Below are positions 47,275 to 55,829 of a DNA stretch of 57,384 nt, piece after piece. Every line of letters starts with the position of its first letter. The stretch's first letter is position 1. The position numbers and the translations under genes are program-made. The notes under the pieces were generated by a model that was given only the letters and a program-made list of their open reading frames with translations, made no database searches and had not been told where the DNA came from. The stretch is from a virus (Duplodnaviria; Caudoviricetes). Location: IMG/VR virus record IMGVR_UViG_3300049596_000539, positions 1 through 57,384 of that record. One strand, 5' to 3'.

Positions 47275-47724
47275 ATGGTTAATCGCGGGGTCACCCCTCC
47301 CGACTTCTCTACGAAGATCGGCATGTTCCGTGCGGCCTACCCGGACCTAGAGTACGTGGATCTTGACCCGGTAGAGGCAGGGTACGGTGACTACACGGAA
47401 CTTTCGGATATCGAGGTCGAGGGATTCCTGGCCCTTGGAGGAGACTCAGTAAACCGCGCCATTGGCTACTACTACATGCAGCTTTCAGGTGCTGCGGCTA
47501 AACTCTCGAAGAGTACAAAAGACTTCGATTTGGCGACCGACCTCACAAAAAGGGCGGCGGATCTCCGCGCAACGGCGCAGTTCTATTTCGACCGGGCGGA
47601 TGCTGATGACGCGGCAGACGCGGATTACTTCGACATTGTTTCGATGGGTAATACGTGCGATGTGACCCCCGAGCTTACGATGCCTGAGTGGGGCCGCTAC
47701 TACACCGGGGGACGGGTGTGCTGA
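47275..47724 (+). CDS. Head-to-tail adaptor
   Basis: G..R...D, SD.EV..FL pattern; synteny. Confidence 0.65.
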   Translation: MVNRGVTPPDFSTKIGMFRAAYPDLEYVDLDPVEAGYGDYTELSDIEVEGFLALGGDSVNRAIGYYYMQLSGAAAKLSKSTKDFDLATDLTKRAADLRATAQFYFDRADADDAADADYFDIVSMGNTCDVTPELTMPEWGRYYTGGRVC

Positions 47725-48222
47725 GTGGCGTATCAATTCCCTGAGACTTTTGCTGATGAGATCGCAGAGGTTTCCACACTTCCCGAATACCAGACCGCAC
47801 GAGTTCGCATCGAAGACCCCTCGCAGGTCACGAAAACCTATGACGTGGATACCGCGACGTGGATCATCACGGGAGAGCCGGTCATTTACCCGGTGGGCGA
47901 TGAGGACGGTCGGGCAAGGCTGATCGGTGTGCGCTGGGGCGTATTTTCCGGCGGCGAGTCTCAGGCTAACTCCGCAACGATTTCCGCGGTTCGCCTTCAG
48001 ATCCCCCAGCACGCTTTGGGTCGTGTAAAGAAAGGCTGCAAAGTCTTTGTGGAGTCTGCCCCGAACGTAGCGCTTGAGAGCTTGATATTTACGGTAACGA
48101 GTGACTTGCAAGGGGCCTCTGCCGCTTCTCGCACGTTTGAACTGGCGCTTGACGGTGACGTTGCGTTTGATTCAGACGGATACGGACTCTCTCCCTTCGG
48201 ACTGGAGGAGTACGGTGAGTGA
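47725..48222 (+). CDS. Head-to-tail stopper (putative)
   Basis: Beta-rich; YD..T and RLQIP pattern; synteny. Confidence 0.55.
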   Translation: MAYQFPETFADEIAEVSTLPEYQTARVRIEDPSQVTKTYDVDTATWIITGEPVIYPVGDEDGRARLIGVRWGVFSGGESQANSATISAVRLQIPQHALGRVKKGCKVFVESAPNVALESLIFTVTSDLQGASAASRTFELALDGDVAFDSDGYGLSPFGLEEYGE

Positions 48223-48604
48223 GAACATGCGGGGGGCGATACTAGCTTGGTTCAACGCCAAGGTGGACAAACTCGAAGGCGGGGTACGAGAAGCCGGGAT
48301 TGAAGCTCTTGAAGACGGGGAGCGCATTACCAAGAACTACATTGAAACTCGCGGAACGGCTAAGAGCGGCAAGCGCGGTCGTATTGAAACCGGAGCGATG
48401 CTGGATTCCGTAAATCACTCGATTCTGGAGAACAGCAAGGACGAATTCGTGGGCCGGTTCGGTTACGATGACGGGCCTTTCTACACGGTTTTCCAGGAAC
48501 TCGGGACCTCTCGAATCGAAGCTATGTACGCACTTACCGATGCCGCAGAGGAAGTCTTCGATGACCTGCGGAAAGAAATCGACAAGGCGGTAAGGAATGC
48601 CTAG
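48215..48604 (+). CDS. Neck protein (HK97 gp10-like)
   Basis: GRIETGAM..S and Y..FQE.GT motifs. Confidence 0.65.
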   Translation: MSENMRGAILAWFNAKVDKLEGGVREAGIEALEDGERITKNYIETRGTAKSGKRGRIETGAMLDSVNHSILENSKDEFVGRFGYDDGPFYTVFQELGTSRIEAMYALTDAAEEVFDDLRKEIDKAVRNA

Positions 48605-49040
48605 TTCCGAAGAGACTATTCAAGAGGATATCCTCGCCTTCCTGAACGACGCAATTGCCCAGCCGGTCATCGAGCAATCTATCCCGGACTCCCAAACAGT
48701 TCTTCGGAACAGCGCCGGGGACATTCAGCCTTACGTGGCGGTCCAGTTTGGTGACTCCCAGCAACAGGGAAGCCGTGCTATGGCAGGACCTTTGGGGGAT
48801 GATTACGTTATCCCTATCTACACGCAGGCTATTGGTCCGACACCTAAGATTGCACGCCAAATTGCTAACCGGGTACGCGCGGCCCTGCTGGGGGCGGCGT
48901 TTGAGTGGTCAGGGACTTTGCGTAAGCGTCCTGGGGGCGGGATGTTCCCGATTACAAGTAGCAATGGCGCAACCGAGTGTTACCAGACGCCCGCCTCCTT
49001 TGGGCTGATGTATCAGTTTAAAGTAGATGCGAGTTCTTGA
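48597..49040 (+). CDS. Tail terminator (putative)
   Basis: PYV.V and A..IA..VR..L pattern; synteny. Confidence 0.6.
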   Translation: MPSSEETIQEDILAFLNDAIAQPVIEQSIPDSQTVLRNSAGDIQPYVAVQFGDSQQQGSRAMAGPLGDDYVIPIYTQAIGPTPKIARQIANRVRAALLGAAFEWSGTLRKRPGGGMFPITSSNGATECYQTPASFGLMYQFKVDASS

Positions 49041-49062
49041 ATACTGATAGAATGGTATTAGG

Positions 49063-49269
49063 ATGACTGAGAAAATTGCTGTACGAAACATCGAAACCGG
49101 CGAGGTCGGATTGATCCGCCGTAAGCTCTTCGATAACCCGCGAATCAACAACGGAATTCTCGTTGAAGTTGAACGGGACGCAAAGCCGTATGTTTCGGAA
49201 CTGTGGAAGTCCAAGATTGTAGAAGACGACGAGACCACTGAGGACTCCGAGACGGTAGAGGAAGATTAA
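49063..49269 (+). CDS. Small hypothetical protein
   Basis: Promoter TGA-TAGAAT at 49045; acidic tail. Confidence 0.55.
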   Translation: MTEKIAVRNIETGEVGLIRRKLFDNPRINNGILVEVERDAKPYVSELWKSKIVEDDETTEDSETVEED

Positions 49270-49270
49270 T

Positions 49271-49837
49271 TTGGCTCTCCAGAGATTGTCCCGCGATCAG
49301 GTATATCGTTTCTACCTGGCTCACCCCCTTGCTTTTGCGGACTGGGAGAACCCCACCGCCGCGGAGATGAACGCTAACTCCTCGAACGACCCGAGTGGTT
49401 TGATCTTCAACCTGACCTGTGCTCTTAACCAGGACGGGACGACCTTCTCCCTCGGTGACCCGGAGCTTGACGAATCGCTCTCCTTCTGCCAGTCAGCGGG
49501 CAACCAGGAGCGTATGTCGGAAAACCCGGACATCGTTTTCGAGTTCTTCCGCTCACTGCTCCCGTGGGATGATGCAGACTCCGTTCTCGCCGCAGACGGC
49601 TTCAACTCCGCGAACCTCGCTTTCTCGCTTCTGGCCTGGCGGGGCATCGACTACTTCGCGATCCTTTCCGTTGGCGAGGACGAGGATGAGCCCTTCGACG
49701 CGGGAGATCGAATCAAGATGGCGGAAGTTTCTACCGACTGGGGCATGGACGTTCTCGGGACTGGCGAGAATATTAGGATGAACCAGACCTTCGCCAACCG
49801 CAGCCGGGTCAACTGGAACTACGAGATTGCGGCCTAG
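49271..49837 (+). CDS. Tail tube-like protein (paralog 1)
   Basis: PTAAEMN, LTCA, SFC pattern of actinophage major tail proteins. Confidence 0.6.
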   Translation: MALQRLSRDQVYRFYLAHPLAFADWENPTAAEMNANSSNDPSGLIFNLTCALNQDGTTFSLGDPELDESLSFCQSAGNQERMSENPDIVFEFFRSLLPWDDADSVLAADGFNSANLAFSLLAWRGIDYFAILSVGEDEDEPFDAGDRIKMAEVSTDWGMDVLGTGENIRMNQTFANRSRVNWNYEIAA

Positions 49838-49847
49838 GGGATAAATT

Positions 49848-50657
49848 ATGCCTATTGACTACACGAAGCTTCCGTCCAATAGAAACGCCTCTAACGTCAC
49901 GGTTTATGTTGGACCCTCCGGTGGCTCTACTCTCGGTATTACAAATATCGCTGTCCCCCTTGCGGTGGAGCTGAACAACACGGGCGGCACCTCCGGAGTT
50001 CAGCCCGCTTCACAGAGCATTAGCTGGAATGATTGGGACTTTAACACTCAGGCTTCCGAGACGCTCAACGAGCCAAGCCTTGCAGATTCCGCATCCTACG
50101 AGGAGTTCGGACAGAACAACTTCGGCGGGTCGATCTCATTCTACTACCCGCTTGAGTACGATGACAACTCGAACATGCATAGTGTCATCTATGACCTCAC
50201 CGACACCCCTGGTGAGCTTAACGACATTGCCACCCGAATCGACGGCGACAAGCCTACGACTCAGGCCGCAGCGGATGGCGACTTCGTTAGCGCTTACCGC
50301 GTTGAAGTTGGTGGCGAGGACAACCCGTTTACTCCGGGCGAGTCCAAGCGCCGTACGGTTTCGTACCTCCAAAAGGGTGAGTTCGCTCACTACACGATTG
50401 TCGGCGCTCACACGATCACCGCGATTGTCCCGGCCACTACTCCTTGGGTTGCGGGAAATAAGGCACGTCTTCGCGCATCCGTCCAGAGCCGTGACTACAC
50501 GAACGCCCTCCGGTTCACGACTTCCGACCCCGATGTTGTTCAGATTTACCCGGGTGGCTTCTATGAGGTTACCGGCGTAGCCCTGGACACCGCAACGATC
50601 ACCATTTACGATGACGCTGCGGGCACTTCCGCTACGGTCTCGGTGACGGTCACGTAA
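49848..50657 (+). CDS. Major tail protein with C-terminal Ig-like domain (paralog 2)
   Basis: PLAVELN motif; TSDPDVV...G....TATIT...VSVTVT Ig-like tail. Confidence 0.7.
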   Translation: MPIDYTKLPSNRNASNVTVYVGPSGGSTLGITNIAVPLAVELNNTGGTSGVQPASQSISWNDWDFNTQASETLNEPSLADSASYEEFGQNNFGGSISFYYPLEYDDNSNMHSVIYDLTDTPGELNDIATRIDGDKPTTQAAADGDFVSAYRVEVGGEDNPFTPGESKRRTVSYLQKGEFAHYTIVGAHTITAIVPATTPWVAGNKARLRASVQSRDYTNALRFTTSDPDVVQIYPGGFYEVTGVALDTATITIYDDAAGTSATVSVTVT

Positions 50658-50741
50658 TCCTGATAGACTAGAGATTGAGGTGAAGACCTCCAGTTCCTGA
50701 ATTTACGGGGCTGGGGGTTTTCCAAATTGGAGGAGAGAAAT

Positions 50742-51281
50742 ATGGCTGAAGAAATCGACGTTAAGACTTTCAACTTGGCTGATGTATTGGCTGGGCGCAC
50801 CTTTCCGACGACAACCGTTAAGGTGTCGTTCGATGAGGAGCGGATGTTCCAACTCTCGAAGCTGGAGAGGGGGCTTGCCGCAGACCCTAGTAACGAAGAA
50901 CTGGAAGCGCTCCGTGAGAAGTTCATGGAGGAGTTCAAGCCCCTTTTCTACACAGTTCACCTCAAGGGTGTTGACCGTGACACGCGCCGTGACGTTCTGA
51001 ATGCGGTACTGGCTGACTTCCCGGAGGAGACGGACTTCCTGGGTCGCCCCAAGCCTAACCCCGAGGGCGACGAGGCATACGCCAACAAGTCGTGGGCACT
51101 GTTCATCGAGAAACTGGAGCGTCCGGACGGTGCGGTTACAACCTTCACCGAAGTAGAGGCGAAGCTGTTCCGCGGTCGTGCTCCCGATGTTGCGATCAAC
51201 GCGGTTGAAGCCGCTATCCGAGAACTCTCAGAGGGTGCTAAGTCCGGGTTTGAGTCGGCGGTTCAAGACCTCGATTTTTGA
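50742..51281 (+). CDS. Tail assembly chaperone
   Basis: Between tail tube and tape measure; GGAGGAG RBS. Confidence 0.75.
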   Translation: MAEEIDVKTFNLADVLAGRTFPTTTVKVSFDEERMFQLSKLERGLAADPSNEELEALREKFMEEFKPLFYTVHLKGVDRDTRRDVLNAVLADFPEETDFLGRPKPNPEGDEAYANKSWALFIEKLERPDGAVTTFTEVEAKLFRGRAPDVAINAVEAAIRELSEGAKSGFESAVQDLDF

Positions 51282-51727
51282 TTGAGGCTCTGACCGCGGG
51301 AATTAGCAAAGGCTACGTTCCGGCAATCAGGGCCAGTAAAGAGTGGCATAAGCGTCCTACGTCCGTAATCATGCGGGACGACTGGTTCGGGCACCGAGAC
51401 CCGTTTACAGGAATGCCTACAGGAGACCGAGATGAGTGGACTTCGTGGGATCATTTGCTTGCGGATGCGCTTCAAACAATCGAGGACTACTCCGACCAGC
51501 ATGGTATCTTGCGCTGGATTCATGATGACGATTACGTTGAGATAAATGCCAACAAAAAGATCGACAAGTTTGAAGCTGCAAAAGCCATTGCCACCTCCGG
51601 GAATAAGTACAAGCCGACGCCGGGAGAATACTTTGTGCCCGATATCTTTACGCGGCGGAAGGTGGACGGAGTGGAGCAGTACCAAAGCTATAGGGAGTGG
51701 CTGAATTCCATTGTGGAGAAGGCTTAG
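51278..51727 (+). CDS. Tail assembly chaperone, -1 frameshift extension
   Basis: No clear RBS; -1 frame opens at GATTTTT (51273-51279) just before the chaperone stop. Confidence 0.65.
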   Translation: MIEALTAGISKGYVPAIRASKEWHKRPTSVIMRDDWFGHRDPFTGMPTGDRDEWTSWDHLLADALQTIEDYSDQHGILRWIHDDDYVEINANKKIDKFEAAKAIATSGNKYKPTPGEYFVPDIFTRRKVDGVEQYQSYREWLNSIVEKA

Positions 51728-51771
51728 CCTGATAAACTAGAATGAGGATACTGTAGACTTTAGGCGGGGCT

Positions 51772-54700
51772 TTGGCGGATAATTTCAACTGGGACGTTGT
51801 AATCCAACTCGCCACAAAAGGCGCTAAGGGTTCTATTGACGATCTCAACCGGGTATCCGACGCTCAGGACCGGCTTAACCGTGAAGGTAAAATCACGGAG
51901 AAGGGCCTTCAGCAGAATACCCAGGCGATAAACCGGTATTCCCAGGCCACCGCACAAGGTGCTAAAACCAATCAGGGATATGCTCAGTCCCTAAACTCCG
52001 TCCGGTACGCGAACTACGATGTCGCGCAGACGATGTTTACCCTGGCTGCGGGAATCACGGCGGTCGGTGTTGCAACTGCGGCTGCGTTCGGTTCCCAAGA
52101 AGCGGCGTTCACTGAAGTTGAGCGTATCGTTGAAGGCTCCTCGAATCAAATCGGGGCGTTGCGGGCTGAACTTACCGCACTATCCACTGAGATTCCCCGT
52201 ACGTTCCAAGACCTCTCGGGCATCGCATCGCTCGGTGCCGCGCTAAACATCCCCGCAGAGTCGCTTGCGTCGTTCTCAGAGGTTGTGGCAAAGTTTGCCT
52301 CCACCACGGGCGTATCGCTGGATGCTGCGGCTACGGGCTTTGGTCGGCTCGCACAGTACCTTAAGATTCCGCAGGAAGAGTACGAGAACCTCGGCTCCGC
52401 GATCCTCCGGGCAGGTAACATCTCTGTTGCGACCGAAGAGCAAGTTCTTAAGTTCTCGCAAGCTCTTGCACTTCCTGCCGCCCGTGCGGGCCTTGCCACC
52501 GATCAGGTTGTGGCTTTGGGTGCGGCGATTGCATCGTTCGGTAACATCAACGTTGAAGGTGCCGGTTCTGCCCTTAACCGCATCTTCACGAACATTGACC
52601 GCTCCGTTCAAGAGGGCGGAAAGTCCCTTGAGAACTTCGCTACCGTGTCGAACAAGACGGCGGCTGAGTTCGGGCTCACCTGGAAGAGTGATGCAGGTGG
52701 AACATTCAACGATGTTCTTAAGGGTCTGGCCGGGGATGTCTCTAACCTTTCCCTGAACCTGGATGCCCTGGGCGTTCGTAACGTTCGTGACCGCCGTGTT
52801 ATCGAAGCCCTGGTCATCAACTACCAGGCGTACAGGAACATCCTCGGGGACACGTCCGCTGCATGGCGCGAGGGTACGTACATGAGCGAGGCTTACGGTC
52901 TTGTTCTGGATGACCTCAATACCAAGTGGGGCACGTTCATCAATGCGATCACTAATGCCGCCGCCGCGGTGGGCTCACAGATTGCCCCGGCCCTTAAGTC
53001 CCTGCTTGATATCTCCACGACCCTCCTTGTTCAGTTTGCAGGCTTTGTATCCTCCCCGCTTGGGCAGTATTTTGTAACTCTTGCCGGGGTTGTGGCGGGG
53101 CTGGTTGCAACCTTCGCGGCTCTTCGCGGTGGTCTGGCCCTCACTACAGCGGCGTGGTTGGCCTTGAACGCGGCGGGTGTTGGAGGCATCGGGCTCCGGG
53201 CGGGTGTTATGGGCCTCGCTTCCGCTATGGGAATCTACACCGCCGCCACGGTAGGAGGCGCTGCGGCTACATGGAACCTGTCCGCTGCAATGAAAGCGTT
53301 CGGTAGGGCGACGGTTATTCTCGCCGTACTCGGTGCCGTTGTTGCAGCGCTTATGGATGTTGGCTCCACGGCGATGTGGGCTGGAGATGTTCTTGCAGGT
53401 CTTGGGTCCTTCCTTGAAGGTGCGTCGGTTCTCCCTGCGTTCAAGAACGGTGCCAAGCAAATTCGCGAGGCTGGAGAGGCTCTTAACGGCTGGGGCAAGC
53501 AGAACCGGAACGCAACGGAAGAAACGTACGGTCTGAATAACGCGGTCTACGAGGGCACTGAAGTCTTCGGGGATCTCGATGAGGAACTTGACCAGTCCGC
53601 CCTTTCGATGGGGAACGTCGGAGGTGCGGCTGCGGGTGCTGCGGCGGAGGTTCGTACCCTTACGGATTATGCAACGGACCTGGCAAGTATCTGGAGCCGC
53701 GCGTTTGAGATTCGGTTCTCCGGGCAATCCACCCTGGACACGATCACATCATCGTTTATCTCAATGCAGGAAGCCGCTGAGGAGTCCGCCCGAACCATTC
53801 GGAGTCTCAAGGCGGATATCGCAGGGCTTAACTCGGATCTGAACATCCAGAAATACTTCCTCAGCATCGCCGTCGAATACGGGGACACCGCACGGGCGGA
53901 AGCTATCCAGGCGAATATCGCTAAACTCCAGGAAGAGTTGGCGGATAAGACTGCACAGGTAACCGAAGAGCAAAGCAAGAACAGCAAAACCCTTACGGGG
54001 AACTCGAAGGCCGCTATTGCCAACCGGACGACAATCACGGGACTTGTTCAGCAGTACCAGGCCCATGTTCAAGCCCTTGCCGCATCGGGGCTTTCTTCGG
54101 ATGAATTGGCCCGGCGGACAGAGGAACTTCGACAGGACTTTATCAATCAGGCAACTACCCTTGGATTTACTCGTGCGGAAGTTGAAAAGTACGCCGTCGC
54201 ATTTGATGACGTGAAGGTAGCCATCCAGGGCATCCCGCGAAACATCACCGTCACCGCGGATGCTAATCCCGCTCTCCAGGCCCTTAACGAATTCCGCGCC
54301 CGCGCACAGAACGCAATCGGCGGGGGCATCAACGTACCTATCACTTCCAACGCGGATGTCTCAGGTGTTATCAAGCAGTTGGAAGCCGAGATTGCGCTCC
54401 GGGAAGGACGTGCCGCCGCAGCCCGAGCCGAACGCTTGTTTGCTGCCGCCGCCGAACAGGACGCCGCTATCTCCGCCCTCCGCGGAAAGCTCTCCCAGGT
54501 GCGCGGATATGCGACAGGTGGCTTCACGGGTCAAGGTCCCAAGTACGCCCCTGCCGGTATCGTCCACAGGGGCGAGTACGTTGTGCCGAAGGAACAGGTC
54601 AACCAGCGAACGGGTCTTCCGTATGCGGACTCCCTGGGACGCCTCCAGAAGGGCTCTCCGGGGCGGTCCGGGTATGCCGGTGGGGGATTCGTTCAGGGTC

Positions 54701-54852
54701 GCGGGTTGGGTCGTCAGACGGTGGATCTGAGCGCTATGAGCATTCAGCAGATCGGTCAAGTAATGGAGAAGTTCATCGTGGTTGACGGAAAGATTGTAGC
54801 GCAAACCGCGTCCTCCCAGTACGCCACTCAGACCGCTCAGGGAGCCTTCTAA
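51772..54852 (+). CDS. Tape measure protein
   Basis: 1026 aa, Ala/Gly-rich helical; TP901-like core; C-terminal YATGG.TG.G...PAGIVHRGEYV. Confidence 0.93.
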   Translation: MADNFNWDVVIQLATKGAKGSIDDLNRVSDAQDRLNREGKITEKGLQQNTQAINRYSQATAQGAKTNQGYAQSLNSVRYANYDVAQTMFTLAAGITAVGVATAAAFGSQEAAFTEVERIVEGSSNQIGALRAELTALSTEIPRTFQDLSGIASLGAALNIPAESLASFSEVVAKFASTTGVSLDAAATGFGRLAQYLKIPQEEYENLGSAILRAGNISVATEEQVLKFSQALALPAARAGLATDQVVALGAAIASFGNINVEGAGSALNRIFTNIDRSVQEGGKSLENFATVSNKTAAEFGLTWKSDAGGTFNDVLKGLAGDVSNLSLNLDALGVRNVRDRRVIEALVINYQAYRNILGDTSAAWREGTYMSEAYGLVLDDLNTKWGTFINAITNAAAAVGSQIAPALKSLLDISTTLLVQFAGFVSSPLGQYFVTLAGVVAGLVATFAALRGGLALTTAAWLALNAAGVGGIGLRAGVMGLASAMGIYTAATVGGAAATWNLSAAMKAFGRATVILAVLGAVVAALMDVGSTAMWAGDVLAGLGSFLEGASVLPAFKNGAKQIREAGEALNGWGKQNRNATEETYGLNNAVYEGTEVFGDLDEELDQSALSMGNVGGAAAGAAAEVRTLTDYATDLASIWSRAFEIRFSGQSTLDTITSSFISMQEAAEESARTIRSLKADIAGLNSDLNIQKYFLSIAVEYGDTARAEAIQANIAKLQEELADKTAQVTEEQSKNSKTLTGNSKAAIANRTTITGLVQQYQAHVQALAASGLSSDELARRTEELRQDFINQATTLGFTRAEVEKYAVAFDDVKVAIQGIPRNITVTADANPALQALNEFRARAQNAIGGGINVPITSNADVSGVIKQLEAEIALREGRAAAARAERLFAAAAEQDAAISALRGKLSQVRGYATGGFTGQGPKYAPAGIVHRGEYVVPKEQVNQRTGLPYADSLGRLQKGSPGRSGYAGGGFVQGRGLGRQTVDLSAMSIQQIGQVMEKFIVVDGKIVAQTASSQYATQTAQGAF

Positions 54853-55829
54853 TGGCCTATAACCCGCGGCGGTGCCTGTGGATCGGGACCCTGGAATATT
54901 CGAACTGGTTCCCCACGCCCCTTCGTGGAGCCGACATGTCCCCGCAAGCCTGGAGCGCTGGCGGGACGCTTCTTAACGGTGGCGGATATGAAGTAAGTTC
55001 TTGGGGCTCTCACAAGGTCTATTCGTTCGAATGGCCGGAGTCGTCGTCTCGCGAAGTGGCTCAGCTTCTCAAATCCTACGCTGACGGTACCTACGGGCGT
55101 GGTCTGATTTACCTGTTGGATCCATTGTCCTACAATCAGAACGTGCTCCCCGCGCGAATCGCGGACCCTAGCATGGCAGTTGACGACGAAGGCGCGTCGA
55201 TGGTCTACGGGCTGGACCCGACAGGGGTATCCACGTCCGGGTGGCAGACGAACAGGTTGCCGATCACGAGCGCTTACTACAACCTCGTGGACACAGACTC
55301 GGGATTCCGCGGTGTTGAAGACGCGACGTTCATCCCCATCCCCACCGGCTACACGCTGTTTCTCGGGGCGTTCTACTCTGCCACGGGTTCGGGCGGCATC
55401 TTCGTTTCTCCACAAGAGAGCGCAAGCGTTGTCGGTACGGCAGTCGCGCTGACCCCCAAGGGTGTTGCTGATACGTCGATTCTGGCCGATCAGTTCACGG
55501 GAATTCCCGGCGTCTGGATTTGGCTAGGTAAGACTTCCAGCGGCGCAGCAACGGTTACGGCTACGGCTCTTATCGGGCGCTTGATTGCCAACGAAGATAT
55601 CAACACGACAGGGCTCGGATACGGCCTTGAGCCTTACGGCGAGACCCCTTACGGCGGTTACTCTTCGGCCAAGATGGCGGCTCTCCTTCAAGGTCCCTGG
55701 ATCGGCGGCATGGGTAACAGCGGCGTTCGCTTTTCCGGGAAGCCGACGTGGATTGCAAACACGGGTGTTAACGGCGGGCAGATTGGGTTCGCGGCTTCGT
55801 TCCGCGAGGTTGGGTCGTATTTGTCATAA
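54852..55829 (+). CDS. Minor tail protein (distal tail position)
   Basis: Directly after tape measure, TAATG coupling. Confidence 0.7.
   Translation: MAYNPRRCLWIGTLEYSNWFPTPLRGADMSPQAWSAGGTLLNGGGYEVSSWGSHKVYSFEWPESSSREVAQLLKSYADGTYGRGLIYLLDPLSYNQNVLPARIADPSMAVDDEGASMVYGLDPTGVSTSGWQTNRLPITSAYYNLVDTDSGFRGVEDATFIPIPTGYTLFLGAFYSATGSGGIFVSPQESASVVGTAVALTPKGVADTSILADQFTGIPGVWIWLGKTSSGAATVTATALIGRLIANEDINTTGLGYGLEPYGETPYGGYSSAKMAALLQGPWIGGMGNSGVRFSGKPTWIANTGVNGGQIGFAASFREVGSYLS

Larger units (their letters stand above)
916..51740 (+). promoter_or_regulatory. Recurrent extended -10 motif TGATA(A/G)ACT(A/G)G heading + strand units
   Basis: Copies at 916, 2555, 30867, 31711, 37320, 38963, 47242, 50661 and 51730; variants at 4025, 32670, 34760, 41528, 42252 and 49045; all at gene boundaries just upstream of starts. 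Confidence 0.8.
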
